From sequence record OR844650.1: a DNA stretch of 64,000 nt. One strand, given 5' to 3'. The translations under genes and the position numbers were made by a program. This document shows positions 28,733-39,475 of this stretch, in pieces (position 1 is the stretch's first letter; every line of letters begins with the position of its first letter). The notes beneath the pieces are model-generated. The model was not told the origin of the DNA. It searched no databases and worked only from the letters and a program-made list of their open reading frames with translations.

Positions 28733-31462
28733 TTATTTCCAACGTGTACCTGGACCTGATGGTACACCAGTACTGGCAGGTATCGCTGAACCACGTTTCG
28801 TTGTACTTGGACGATATGTCAAAAAACGAGTTACTTTTTCTGTATCAATTGAAGTTATTCCTGAAGTTCCAGTAACTATCTTACCAATGTAAGTGCTAGT
28901 TAAAGATTCATCAATTGTTTCAGTACTAATAACATATGACGCTTTCTTAGTATTCCTGTTCATTTGTATATACAAATAGAACGTAGTATTAGCTGGATTA
29001 CTTTTTACAGTACTTAAATCAACACTTTGTATAGGTAGTCTGTCGAAAATTCCACCTAAAAACACCGGAACTTCACGTGTAAAGTACACTGAGAATCCTT
29101 GTGCAACGTCTTGTGATACTACCACAATCTTTTCTTTAACGCTACCATTTCCACTAATTAAACCATCCATTTCAGCAGATGTTGTACCAAAAACGCTGAA
29201 TACAGATTTGGTTTGATAGTCAGAATCTTGAAAATTGTAATATCCAAAACCAACACCAGGAATAACACCATGTTGATATGCTGCACCAAGTTGGATGTAA
29301 CTAGATGATAAAAAACGATTTGATGTTATGACACCATCTACTGTTTTAGCTATCATCATCTTAAATTGTGCATTACCTGGTTGTGAAAATTGATGAACAG
29401 CATCAACACCAATGTAACCAAATCCTGAATATTTTGCAACTGTTAGACCAGTACAACGTTTCATATATGCTTCAGTAATAATTCCTGTAACAGAACTAAG
29501 TGTCTCATATCTAGTACTCACCAATGTAGCTGAAGTTATGTTAGTTCCAGATAATACAACATCAACTTCGGCATAGATTGCATAACCTTGGTTATTGTTA
29601 AGATTATATGCTGAAACTACTGCGATGGATCTAGAAAAAGTATTATCAGGTACATAATATAATACAATTTGTCCAGATAGTGTACCAACAATGCCAGAGT
29701 TTCCTAGATTAGCAAAAATATCTTGTTTTAATGATTCTAATACCGTTGGTTCTATTGTATATGTTTCATCAAATTCTAAAGTATCTGGGTTTAATAATCC
29801 ACCACTTGTTTTATATACACCTTCAATGAATGATGTTCCATAACATCTAACACTACCATCGGTATCAACAAGAGAAATCATAGCAGTGTATGTAAAATCA
29901 TCGCCTATTTGTTTACGATTAGATTGTGGTGCAAAACCATTTAATGTAGTATTATTTTGAACTGAGTTATATTGATATGTTGGTTGTGAACCTATTTCAG
30001 AAAAAACAGTATTATTATAATTATATGTTACATCATCATACGTACCAGAACATGCTAATAATATTTTTCTATTATCGATGAAACGTACACCTAAAAGGTT
30101 TGCACCAACAGCACTACCAAAAACTGGTAAAACGTTTGCATTTATAACGTTACTTGCGGTTCTAGTACTGGCAACCCATGAATCAAACGGTGTACCACTA
30201 ACCTTATATCGTTGTAGACCATAAAATTCAGTTGAACTCCATCTAAATTTAGATGCAAATACCAAACCATCTTTAGTTTGACATAAACCACCTGCGTTTC
30301 CTAATACACCAGCAGCAGTTGTCCCTGTGAAGTTGACCATATCAATTTCAAATGGGTTAGAAACTTGAAATCCATTATTATATGAAACAGTTGCAGGTGC
30401 ACGAGCACTACCATCTAGTGACATAGATTTTGAGTTTATATTATAAACAAAACTGATTCCAGTACCATAAACTGTTGAAATATACAAAGGTGTAACCATT
30501 CGATGTGTTGGATATAAAGTTACACGTATTTTTGATAAATCAGGACTAACGTTGGCTTGAATGTTAAAGTCTGTATAGTCTGAAAATTCTACACGTGATA
30601 CTGGTGATGTAACTTCGAATAATGAATCCGAGCTAGTACCAACACTATATAATTTATCGAACACTCTTATGTTATTAGATGCAGAATAACTTGTGTTTCG
30701 AACAGTTTGACCTGATAACCCAGTAACTTTTGTTAATGATGTCATTGAGCTTGCTTTCACATCACTTAGCTCTACTGTATAAATTGAAAGTGCTAATCCT
30801 AAATTAGAAACACTTTTATCTTTACACCAAATATAAACCTTTGTCCCAACAATATGTGTATATATTGGCATATCATTACCAAAAGAAGTACTTGGCACTT
30901 TAGCATGAATATGTGATATTTCGTTAAATGTGCCATTGGTTATAGTAAAAATATAATTATCTTCAGTACTTAAACATCCAAGCATCTCATAACCATTAGA
31001 GCCAATAAAATACTTAATATTTTCAGTACTACTCATAATTGAAGGTTTATACATTGAATTGGTTGAAATAACACTTTCTTGTGAAATCATAGTTATATTT
31101 CGGAGTTCTCGTATAAATGAATAATAAAAACCTTTAGTACTACCATTGGTTCCGCTACGCAGAACAACGGCGGTTCCATCATCTTCAATAATTGTTGGCT
31201 GAACTACTTGGTCACTTGACATAGGTGTAGCACCTTCATACGACCCACTTACGTTTAATGGTAAGTAATCCATTTCTCCTACACGTGATATAGGCAACAT
31301 ATCTAAAATACTTTGAACTTCTGAACGCTTATATATTGGATATTGAACAATTCCAGTATTGGCATTCGGTGAGGTTCCATTAAAAGTACGCATAGCGTAC
31401 CTTTGTCCAATTGCCAAGTTCCCAAGGATCTCGGCACTTCCTATAATTCGTTTTGATGACAT
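28733..31462 (-). CDS. Large beta-rich virion-type protein (tail-fibre/baseplate associated?), 909 aa
   Basis: Rich in S/T/G/N; paralog of 32078-34774. Start moved to ATG 31462 (AAGGA SD). Confidence 0.65.
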   Translation of the reverse strand: MSSKRIIGSAEILGNLAIGQRYAMRTFNGTSPNANTGIVQYPIYKRSEVQSILDMLPISRVGEMDYLPLNVSGSYEGATPMSSDQVVQPTIIEDDGTAVVLRSGTNGSTKGFYYSFIRELRNITMISQESVISTNSMYKPSIMSSTENIKYFIGSNGYEMLGCLSTEDNYIFTITNGTFNEISHIHAKVPSTSFGNDMPIYTHIVGTKVYIWCKDKSVSNLGLALSIYTVELSDVKASSMTSLTKVTGLSGQTVRNTSYSASNNIRVFDKLYSVGTSSDSLFEVTSPVSRVEFSDYTDFNIQANVSPDLSKIRVTLYPTHRMVTPLYISTVYGTGISFVYNINSKSMSLDGSARAPATVSYNNGFQVSNPFEIDMVNFTGTTAAGVLGNAGGLCQTKDGLVFASKFRWSSTEFYGLQRYKVSGTPFDSWVASTRTASNVINANVLPVFGSAVGANLLGVRFIDNRKILLACSGTYDDVTYNYNNTVFSEIGSQPTYQYNSVQNNTTLNGFAPQSNRKQIGDDFTYTAMISLVDTDGSVRCYGTSFIEGVYKTSGGLLNPDTLEFDETYTIEPTVLESLKQDIFANLGNSGIVGTLSGQIVLYYVPDNTFSRSIAVVSAYNLNNNQGYAIYAEVDVVLSGTNITSATLVSTRYETLSSVTGIITEAYMKRCTGLTVAKYSGFGYIGVDAVHQFSQPGNAQFKMMIAKTVDGVITSNRFLSSSYIQLGAAYQHGVIPGVGFGYYNFQDSDYQTKSVFSVFGTTSAEMDGLISGNGSVKEKIVVVSQDVAQGFSVYFTREVPVFLGGIFDRLPIQSVDLSTVKSNPANTTFYLYIQMNRNTKKASYVISTETIDESLTSTYIGKIVTGTSGITSIDTEKVTRFLTYRPSTTKRGSAIPASTGVPSGPGTRWK

Positions 31463-31478
31463 CTTTCTTTTCCTTAAT

Positions 31479-32066
31479 TTACCAACCAATTGTACCAGTT
31501 TCTGATGGTTTTCCAGTACTGACTGGGAATGAAGAACCTTTTTGTGTAACACTAGGTCTATATGTACTAAATCTGGATACTTTATTAATGTTTATATTTG
31601 TAATACCACTTGTACCAACGGTCAGTGTTCCAATAAACATTATAATTTCAGATTCTTGTATTTGTGTTGGTGATATTTTATAAATTGGTTCACCGAGAAC
31701 TAACGTTGCATATACGTATTGTGTTTGTGTTCCAGATGAAACAGTTGAAGCAAAAATAGAAACTGCTGGAAATTTATAAAGATAACCACCAATAAATGAT
31801 GGTATCTGTCTATTAAATGTAAGACTATAGCCTGATGAAGTAATATTTAGACTAGCGTCATCATACAATTCTCCGTATTGTGTAAGTGGTAATCCATTGA
31901 CAATAAAGTTAACTTCATCTTTGGTAATAGAGGGGAATGTACATTCCCCATTTGAATTTGTTGGGTAATAAGTCATATTATTACCTAATACACCAAGACC
32001 AGTACTTTTACCCTGAACTGTAACTTGTTGCATTGCCTTAAGGTCTGCTCTTATTTTATATGCCAT
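31479..32066 (-). CDS. Short virion-type protein sharing the C-terminal domain of its neighbours
   Basis: 195 aa ending YRPS..GSSFPVSTGKPSETGTIGW. Confidence 0.65.
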   Translation of the reverse strand: MAYKIRADLKAMQQVTVQGKSTGLGVLGNNMTYYPTNSNGECTFPSITKDEVNFIVNGLPLTQYGELYDDASLNITSSGYSLTFNRQIPSFIGGYLYKFPAVSIFASTVSSGTQTQYVYATLVLGEPIYKISPTQIQESEIIMFIGTLTVGTSGITNININKVSRFSTYRPSVTQKGSSFPVSTGKPSETGTIGW

Positions 32067-32077
32067 TATGTAATCCT

Positions 32078-34774
32078 TTACCAGTTTATGGTTCCTGTTT
32101 GTGATGGTAGACCGTAGCTAACTGGGAACGATGAACCTGCTGATTCAAGTGAAGCACCAAATATATCTAAACGGGAACGTTTTTGTATATTAATTGTTTC
32201 GATTTGAATTGCATTAGTTTGAATTGTACCTATCCAAAAAATATTATATGCAGTTGTCCCTGTTTCAGAAATAACATCAGTAGTTATGTAATAGTTTGCC
32301 AATCCTTGTTCCAATTTAACATATACATAAAATGTTGTATTTGCTGGATTAGACTTAATAGTTCTCAAATCAATATTTGAAACTGGTAGTGAAAATGACT
32401 TACCTGAAAGAATAACTGGTGTTTCCTCTGTAAAATATACAATAAACCCTTGAGCAACGTCCTGGGATACTACGTTAATTGGGCTACCTTGTGCAGTCCA
32501 GTTATTATAGTCTGCAATCGTTGTTCCATATTTTTTGAATGTCATTTTATTTGAGTAATCCATTGGTTCAAAAATTCCAAAACCAATACCAGGTAATGCT
32601 GCTGGTTGACTTCCTTGTTCATAACTGGCATGAGATCCAGTAATTATAAAACTTGTAAATTGTGCAGTTGATTTAGTTACATATGCTCTAAATTGATGAG
32701 TTGCAGTATTACCTATTGTTGGATGTGATAATGGGTCAGAACCACCAATGAAGTAGAATGAACCACCATCATATATGGTCAAACCAACAGAAGAAGATGC
32801 AATCGAACCATTCCCAGTTGGTGTAAAGTTATCACCATACGTATTCTCAAGTACTAAACGCTTAAATGTAATAGATGTAATATTACCAACTCTAGTATTG
32901 ACATTAACTTCAGCAATTCTAATATAGTTTCTATAATCATTAGTAATTGTACTCAACATAACAAAAGCTGGAATGTCTGTTTGTTGTGGAACAAATAGTG
33001 TCATATCACGGTATGCTTGTGCTGATAAATTCCAGTCACTTAGAACTTTGGCATATTCAGTATTTCTAAAATTGTCCAGTACTGATTGTGTAACGCTTAT
33101 AATTCCTGTGCCATTTAAGTTTTTATCATAGGATAATGATTGTGAATAACGTTGCCCAACCATAAAAATACCACCATTGGTTGTGACAGTTGACCCAGAA
33201 ATACTACTAATAAAAATTCTATTATTTGCATTATCATCAACATTAGCACGTTCAACTGTAGGTTCATAACCTTGTATTGTTCCTAAAGATAATGATTTAA
33301 ATGTAAAATTAGGAGTACTTTTATGAACTGCATATGATGGTCTAAATCCACCACTACCTGATGCACGTGAATATTGTTTAGTACTGTTATCTGGTAGTAA
33401 TTCTACACCATTAATAAATGAACCAACCGCTGAACCAAAAGACGGGCGAACTATACCACCTTTGAAGTCAGTAGAAAGTACAGCACGGACATTCAGCATA
33501 CTATAAACTATTTGAATAGGAAACTTAGCTTTTTGCATAAGTAATGGTTCTGCTAAGTTTGGACATGTAGTACAAAAAGCTTCACCAGAATTCAAATAAA
33601 AATATGAACTATAAATGTTTCTTGCATTTGCATGGTTATACAATGGATCGTTATTTAAAACGTTACCAGTAGGAACTAATGCCGAACCAGTATTAGTTAT
33701 AACTAATGGTGCTTGATATGAACCAATATCGTTACCCGCATCTAATGTACATTGTTTAGTACTCATATTGAACACAAAACTGTAACTATGCTGTGGACGT
33801 GTATTATATGTTGCCATTGTAAACCAAGCGTCCCCGTTCATTCTAAAGCGGAAATTCTGCGTTCCTGGCTGCTGTGCAACATATAAATCAATTGATGTCA
33901 TGTAAATCCCAATACCACGTAGATTTTGTGGGACATAAGCATAAGGTTTATCAGCAATATTTGTTGATATTACCTGATTAGTAATAACCATATTATTTTG
34001 TGCAGAATATGTCGTGTTATAAAATGTTTTAGTAGTCCATCCAGTAATTCGAGTTGCAGTATAAGTACCATTGCTTATATTATAAACAACTTTAACAACA
34101 ACTAATTGTAGTTGGTTATTTTCATTAAGTACGTTAAAAACATATATAGAACCATCTTCTGCCATCATAGCATATTCAATACCACCTTCAGGTGATATAT
34201 CTGCTTGGTTAACGAAAAAACCAGTATGCAATTTATCATCTAATGTACCATTGGTAATTGATATGAACAAACCATTAGTACTGTTAGAAGTATCAATATA
34301 TCTACCGAGTAAAATATTTGGATCAGTATTGTATAAACCAATCGCAACTCTATTTGAACCAAAAAACCCAGGCTTGTATTGACGACTGGTGTTAATTGTA
34401 CGGCTCATGTCATCAACTGATAATGCGTTAGCCAAATATGAATAAAATAATCCCTCAACACTACCGTTTGTCCCACTACGTAAAAGTACTAGTGTACCAT
34501 CGTTTTCTAATAAAATTTTATTTCTACGTTGTGACTGGTTTTCTGATGCACCATTGAAATCCCCAGAAACACCCGCAGGTAGATAGTTTTGTGAACCATA
34601 ATGGGAGATTGGCATCATACTTACTATATCTAGTACTTCATCTCTGGAATAAGTATCTAATTCCAAGTTACCGTTGGAATCAAAAACTTGTTCATTTATT
34701 CCTTGAATTGTTCTTTTACCATTAACTGTCACATTATGTGTGACATCTAAGCCACCATATATTTTCTTTGACAT
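32078..34774 (-). CDS. Large beta-rich virion-type protein (tail-fibre/baseplate associated?), 898 aa
   Basis: Full TATAAATA late promoter upstream; shares LRSGTNGS, VVSQDVAQGF and KSNPANTTFY with the 909-aa protein. Confidence 0.65.
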   Translation of the reverse strand: MSKKIYGGLDVTHNVTVNGKRTIQGINEQVFDSNGNLELDTYSRDEVLDIVSMMPISHYGSQNYLPAGVSGDFNGASENQSQRRNKILLENDGTLVLLRSGTNGSVEGLFYSYLANALSVDDMSRTINTSRQYKPGFFGSNRVAIGLYNTDPNILLGRYIDTSNSTNGLFISITNGTLDDKLHTGFFVNQADISPEGGIEYAMMAEDGSIYVFNVLNENNQLQLVVVKVVYNISNGTYTATRITGWTTKTFYNTTYSAQNNMVITNQVISTNIADKPYAYVPQNLRGIGIYMTSIDLYVAQQPGTQNFRFRMNGDAWFTMATYNTRPQHSYSFVFNMSTKQCTLDAGNDIGSYQAPLVITNTGSALVPTGNVLNNDPLYNHANARNIYSSYFYLNSGEAFCTTCPNLAEPLLMQKAKFPIQIVYSMLNVRAVLSTDFKGGIVRPSFGSAVGSFINGVELLPDNSTKQYSRASGSGGFRPSYAVHKSTPNFTFKSLSLGTIQGYEPTVERANVDDNANNRIFISSISGSTVTTNGGIFMVGQRYSQSLSYDKNLNGTGIISVTQSVLDNFRNTEYAKVLSDWNLSAQAYRDMTLFVPQQTDIPAFVMLSTITNDYRNYIRIAEVNVNTRVGNITSITFKRLVLENTYGDNFTPTGNGSIASSSVGLTIYDGGSFYFIGGSDPLSHPTIGNTATHQFRAYVTKSTAQFTSFIITGSHASYEQGSQPAALPGIGFGIFEPMDYSNKMTFKKYGTTIADYNNWTAQGSPINVVSQDVAQGFIVYFTEETPVILSGKSFSLPVSNIDLRTIKSNPANTTFYVYVKLEQGLANYYITTDVISETGTTAYNIFWIGTIQTNAIQIETINIQKRSRLDIFGASLESAGSSFPVSYGLPSQTGTINW

Positions 34775-34823
34775 TATATATCCCTTATAAATTAGATATT
34801 AGTTAATGTATTTATATACATAA

Positions 34824-34847
34824 TAAAAAAGCACCCAACGGGTGCTT
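34824..34847 (-). terminator. Intrinsic terminator after nrdG
   Basis: AAGCACCC/GGGTGCTT stem followed by a T-run. Confidence 0.8.
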
Positions 34848-34850
34848 ATG

Positions 34851-35321
34851 CTAAAAATCTTTATTTTTATATAGTATTCTTTGATTATTTGAACCACGGA
34901 AAGGTAATTTTAAATTCTTTTCGGACTCAATAAACTTACCATCAACTAATACATCTAAGTACTGAAGTATATCTTTAGCATGATTTTTCATAATCTCATC
35001 TAAAGTATACCCACTCCAGCACCAAATAGTTTTACTAGGATAAGTTTCTTTAACTACTTTGCATAGATTTAAAACTTCATCTATATTCTTTTTCATTAAT
35101 GGATCGCCGCCTAGAAGTGACAAACCACTAACATATGGTTTTTTTAGTTCCTGTAGTATAATCTCAACTGTTTCAGTACTGAACAATTGACCACTTCTGT
35201 AATCCCATGCTTCTTCATTGAAGCAACCATCACATCCGTGCGAACACCCACTAACAAATAAAGAGCAGCGAACGCCCTCTCCATTTACTAAATCATCCTT
35301 GATTATCGTCTGGTAATTCAT
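34851..35321 (-). CDS. nrdG: Anaerobic ribonucleotide reductase activase
   Basis: NGEGVRCSLFVSGC, radical SAM CxxxCxxC (CSHGCDGC), GLSLLGGDP, RGSNNQR. Confidence 0.95.
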   Translation of the reverse strand: MNYQTIIKDDLVNGEGVRCSLFVSGCSHGCDGCFNEEAWDYRSGQLFSTETVEIILQELKKPYVSGLSLLGGDPLMKKNIDEVLNLCKVVKETYPSKTIWCWSGYTLDEIMKNHAKDILQYLDVLVDGKFIESEKNLKLPFRGSNNQRILYKNKDF

Positions 35322-35625
35322 CTAATATTGCACTCACTATTTCGACAAGAACATCGCCGTGACATGATTTTGGTTTACAGAAACAACCAAGGCGTTTCCC
35401 TGCGAGTTCAAGTAATTCATCAATCTTAACTTCTCCACAAGAAATACGTTCAATAATGTATTCTCTGAATTTTTCAATTGATTCTTCTCTTGTACTAACA
35501 ATGAACTCGGCTTTGGTTTGTTTATCTTTAATATGGGTAAATGGGTTTCCCCATTTAGACCCACGTCCAATATACACATCATACGGTTCTTTGTATTTGT
35601 TAACCACAATTGGCTTTAAATCCAT
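35293..35625 (-). CDS. DUF4326-type protein
   Basis: YDVYIGRGSKWGNPF and LAGKRLGCFCKPKSCHGDVL. Confidence 0.8.
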   Translation of the reverse strand: MDLKPIVVNKYKEPYDVYIGRGSKWGNPFTHIKDKQTKAEFIVSTREESIEKFREYIIERISCGEVKIDELLELAGKRLGCFCKPKSCHGDVLVEIVSAILDELPDDNQG

Positions 35626-35633
35626 AATTTACC

Positions 35634-37439
35634 TTATTTGTGCTGAATACGCTCACAACACTCTTGTTGCTTGCCTTTATTGAAGCCACGCGAAGAAGGA
35701 TTACCCAAGTACCCAGAAACACGACGAATCACTGAGATTGTCTTCTCATTACGATTATCACATACAGGACAGTGGAAACCATGTTTATCTACACTGAACT
35801 CACCCTGGAAGCCACATTCATAACAATGGTCAACTGGTTGGTTAATACCAAAATATGGTATCTTAGTGTACGCATAGTTAACTAATGTTTCAAGTGCTTG
35901 AATGTTGTTTGCTAAGTTTGGAGATTCAACATAACTGATGTTTCCACCGTTACTTAGGTAAGCAAACCCTTCTTCATAACTCCATTTATCAAATGGAGAA
36001 CTTTCTACCCATACTGGTTGATGGAAGGAATTTGTGATGTAATCACGTTTTAGTACTGAAGGATATTTTGCTTCAATGCAACGTGCAAATTTATAACAAA
36101 GCGACTCTGCTGGAGTTCCATATAGACTAAAAGCAATATTACTTTCTTTTTTGAACTCATCACATTTTACTTTCATATAATTCAGTACTGACATACAAAA
36201 CTCCTTACTGATAGAACCAGTGAGGATTTCTGAACATTCAACAAGACCAACATAACCAATACTAATACTAGCATAACCATTGTAAAATAGCTTGTCAATG
36301 GTTTCTTCTGCACATAAACGTGCTAATGCACCTTCCATGAACAAAATTGGATTCTGCTTCGCTTTAGTGCCTTTTAAACGCTCCACACGGTTCATCTGAG
36401 CACGATATGCAATATTCATGTGCTCGTCTATCTTATCAAAAAACTCTCCATCAGAAGCACTCTCAAGAGCAATTAGAGGTAAATTGATAGAAACTACGCC
36501 TAAATTGAAACGACCGTTGTATTGTTCATTTCCATTTGAATCTTCCCATTTTCCTAAGAATGAACGACAGCCCATCGGTGTTACAGCAGTACTACTACTT
36601 CCAGTCACTTTGTGATTTAATGGAACTGAAACAAAGTCTGGGTAGATTCGTTTTGATGCACAACGCATAGCTAACTGTTTAAGGTCATAATTACTATCAT
36701 TGGTATTCATGTTTATACCATCTTGTAAAAAGAAAATTACTTTAGGAAACACTGGAGTAATCTTATCTTTACCTAAACCATTCTCATGAACTTTTAAGTA
36801 CTGTTCAGTGATTAATTTACCAAATTTAGAAGTATTAAGCCCTAAACTAAGAGAAATGAATGCAGCTTGTCCATTAGTGCTAATCATTGAATTAGTCTGG
36901 TAAAGTAATGTTTGACATCCATCGTATACTTCTTTTCGTAATTCTTCTTCAATGAACTCATCACTTAGATTATATTTCTTTTGTTTTTCTAACAGCTTAT
37001 CCCATGACTTTTGAACGTAAGGTTCTAAACCGACATCAATGTGAGCCAACGATTGACCGCCGTATTGGGAACTAGCTACAGCTTGTACAATCTGTGTCAG
37101 TACTGTACATGCTACACTAAAACTCTTTGGTTCTTCAATTTTGGCACAACCAATGGTAAATCCATTTTTTAGCATATCTGGGTAGTTAACTAAGCAACAG
37201 TTGGTTAATGGGCTGATATAGTAGTCTAAATCATGAATATGACCATAACCATCATTATGCCACTGCATTAGCTCATTTGGAATAACATCTTGTGAATAAT
37301 GCTTAGATAGGATACCTGCAAGTAAATCCCTGTGTGTATTGACGCATTTCGCATCTTTGTTCGCATTTTCGTTGGTAAGATCAGTATTGCTCTGATTGAG
37401 GAAATTCGTTACGTCAGTATATAATTTATCTAATTGCAT
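35634..37439 (-). CDS. nrdD: Anaerobic (class III) ribonucleoside-triphosphate reductase, T4-type without ATP cone
   Basis: NENANKD, HIHDLDY, TNCCL, PMGCRSFL, YGTPAESL, Zn site CYECG..CPVC, glycyl-radical motif RRVSGYL. Start moved to ATG 37439 (AAGGA SD). Confidence 0.96.
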   Translation of the reverse strand: MQLDKLYTDVTNFLNQSNTDLTNENANKDAKCVNTHRDLLAGILSKHYSQDVIPNELMQWHNDGYGHIHDLDYYISPLTNCCLVNYPDMLKNGFTIGCAKIEEPKSFSVACTVLTQIVQAVASSQYGGQSLAHIDVGLEPYVQKSWDKLLEKQKKYNLSDEFIEEELRKEVYDGCQTLLYQTNSMISTNGQAAFISLSLGLNTSKFGKLITEQYLKVHENGLGKDKITPVFPKVIFFLQDGINMNTNDSNYDLKQLAMRCASKRIYPDFVSVPLNHKVTGSSSTAVTPMGCRSFLGKWEDSNGNEQYNGRFNLGVVSINLPLIALESASDGEFFDKIDEHMNIAYRAQMNRVERLKGTKAKQNPILFMEGALARLCAEETIDKLFYNGYASISIGYVGLVECSEILTGSISKEFCMSVLNYMKVKCDEFKKESNIAFSLYGTPAESLCYKFARCIEAKYPSVLKRDYITNSFHQPVWVESSPFDKWSYEEGFAYLSNGGNISYVESPNLANNIQALETLVNYAYTKIPYFGINQPVDHCYECGFQGEFSVDKHGFHCPVCDNRNEKTISVIRRVSGYLGNPSSRGFNKGKQQECCERIQHK

Positions 37440-37701
37440 TGTACATTCCTTGTATTTTGAAATCATCTGGGGGTGAAGATATTTAATATCACCAGACAAC
37501 ATTATAGCGTCAGAACAGGTTATTTCTCTTGACCTATATCAAGGAAAAGTCACATTGGTTTTTATTTGCACAAATAGAAAAAGCACCACTAGGGTGCTTT
37601 AAAGTACTGCTAATATAACAACTGCCCAAATTAACAGTAATACATTGGTTGGTGCGGAAAAAAGCATATATGCAGCAAGTGCACTACAACCTATGACAAG
37701 T

Positions 37702-37887
37702 TTAGCTAGTCTCATCTGGACTCCATGTAATAGTCACTGTGAAAGTGCCTTCCTGAAAACCAAACTCATCTTGTGGGATTTGTTCAGCTAATGGGTTAAA
37801 TCTTGAATCGAAGGCTTCATGTACGTCTCTTTGAATATCATAGAGACTTTCACCATCGTATTCTTTTTTGAAGATTTCATTCTGCAT
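37702..37887 (-). CDS. Hypothetical protein
   Basis: 61 aa, LYDIQRDVHEAFD. Confidence 0.6.
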   Translation of the reverse strand: MQNEIFKKEYDGESLYDIQRDVHEAFDSRFNPLAEQIPQDEFGFQEGTFTVTITWSPDETS

Positions 37888-38287
37888 TTAAACGTAACGA
37901 CCCTCGGATTGTATATGGATAATTATCTAATAGATCGATTAGTCTATTAAATGTATGAGTACTGATGAATGGATGTTTCTTAGCTAGTTCAATGCGTTTT
38001 TCAAAATCCATTATTGTAATCTCGGTTCTATTGAAACTACCTTTACGTCTGTACGTTAGTAAACGCTCTTTATGTCCATCAAGCTGGAAATCAAAATATG
38101 TTGTTGCATTATAATCACTATCATCACTGATAGGCTTTGAAAGATCCAGATTATACGTAGTTCCAATCGCAAAAAAGTATCCACCATCTTCCAATGGAAT
38201 ATCTTTGTCGCTTAGATTGAAATCTGTTTCATCACCTAGTATATCAAATATCTTGATACTTAGTGACATAAATTCATCAGCTAACAT
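37877..38287 (-). CDS. Hypothetical protein
   Basis: 136-aa tiling ORF. Confidence 0.6.
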   Translation of the reverse strand: MLADEFMSLSIKIFDILGDETDFNLSDKDIPLEDGGYFFAIGTTYNLDLSKPISDDSDYNATTYFDFQLDGHKERLLTYRRKGSFNRTEITIMDFEKRIELAKKHPFISTHTFNRLIDLLDNYPYTIRGSLRLNAE

Positions 38288-38299
38288 TTCTTTTTTACC

Positions 38300-38518
38300 T
38301 TATTTGATAACTCTACAGTAGTACTGAATAATGTAAGGAAATAAAGGATTATTTACGTATGTTGCAAAATTAGCTATTGTAACTTTTTTATAGTACGAAT
38401 TATGAATTGTTATAAGAGTGTGGGGGTCTATTGATTCTCTATTAGAGAGTTCAACATAACGCCCACACTTCATATAAGCCTTACCATAATAATCGTAAAT
38501 TATCTCGTATTTTTCCAT
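38300..38518 (-). CDS. Hypothetical protein
   Basis: 72-aa tiling ORF. Confidence 0.5.
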   Translation of the reverse strand: MEKYEIIYDYYGKAYMKCGRYVELSNRESIDPHTLITIHNSYYKKVTIANFATYVNNPLFPYIIQYYCRVIK

Positions 38519-38923
38519 TTATTCAGGATCTTTATTTTTATCAACTGTGTTGTTTTTATTCAAATCAATTTGCAAAGCCATTGCAGCTTCAGCATTTTCT
38601 TCATGTGTGCCATTGAATTTATACCCATTCTTGATGAGATTCACGGTGTAGTACTTATTATAAAGAAATGCCCATACAACCATTGCAATTGTACCCACAA
38701 TCCAAAATGACACTGCGTTGAGGATGAAGTAAATTACGAATGCACCGATGAACGTAATAAAGTCACCACGAAACAATGCAGGGAACGGTCCAAAGAATAA
38801 TGTTGTCCAAGAAAAACCAAAGAAACCATCTTTGCGTTGTCCTACATTTTCATTTTTTAAAGAAATTGTTTTAGCCATTTTTAATCTCCTACTTTTTATT
38901 TGGGTTTGGTATACAGTACACAA
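38519..38923 (-). CDS. DUF2628-like membrane protein
   Basis: GFSWTTLFFGPFPALFRG, two TM helices, YNKYY..LIKNGY. Likely start at MAKTI. Confidence 0.65.
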   Translation of the reverse strand: MCTVYQTQIKSRRLKMAKTISLKNENVGQRKDGFFGFSWTTLFFGPFPALFRGDFITFIGAFVIYFILNAVSFWIVGTIAMVVWAFLYNKYYTVNLIKNGYKFNGTHEENAEAAMALQIDLNKNNTVDKNKDPE

Positions 38924-39158
38924 ATACTAAATGATTAAAATGTTCTGTATTCGCATACTTTGCTAAGTCGGTTATGAGGAAGTTTGTATCTTTAAATCTG
39001 CCATCATTGTATGTTGTGATTTGAAAACGTAGTTCAGGTGCAAAAATATAATAATAGAATATATCATTTACACACCCAACAGTATGCTTAGCATATCTTT
39101 CAATTTTCATGTATGGATAATCTCTTTCACCCCATATTCTTTTATTGCTAATGAGCAA
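38889..39158 (-). CDS. Hypothetical protein
   Basis: Tiling ORF; start uncertain. Confidence 0.45.
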   Translation of the reverse strand: MLISNKRIWGERDYPYMKIERYAKHTVGCVNDIFYYYIFAPELRFQITTYNDGRFKDTNFLITDLAKYANTEHFNHLVFVYCIPNPNKK

Positions 39159-39475
39159 ATTTCACATGGTTTAGCCGGAACAGGAATTCCATCTTTACTT
39201 ATCCGTGCAATCAGTAAAGTATGAACATCAGCACGAGCAGCCAGTAAACATGAAATTTCAGCATGAAGAAACTCACCTTGCGGTCGCCCAGCACGAATGG
39301 CGAAACCCTTCTGTACTGGGTGAGTCTGTGTATAAGAATTTGTGCGAGTTGCCAGTACTCTACCTTTTTTATCAAGTGCACGAGCAATAACACGATACCG
39401 TTTGTAATTTCCTACTTGTTCAATAGGTGGCATCTGGCGTAATTCTTCGATTAGTTTCTCCAATTTACTATTCAT
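39107..39475 (-). CDS. Zinc-dependent deaminase (CDA superfamily), substrate unknown
   Basis: HAE and PCEIC motifs. Confidence 0.8.
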   Translation of the reverse strand: MNSKLEKLIEELRQMPPIEQVGNYKRYRVIARALDKKGRVLATRTNSYTQTHPVQKGFAIRAGRPQGEFLHAEISCLLAARADVHTLLIARISKDGIPVPAKPCEICSLAIKEYGVKEIIHT

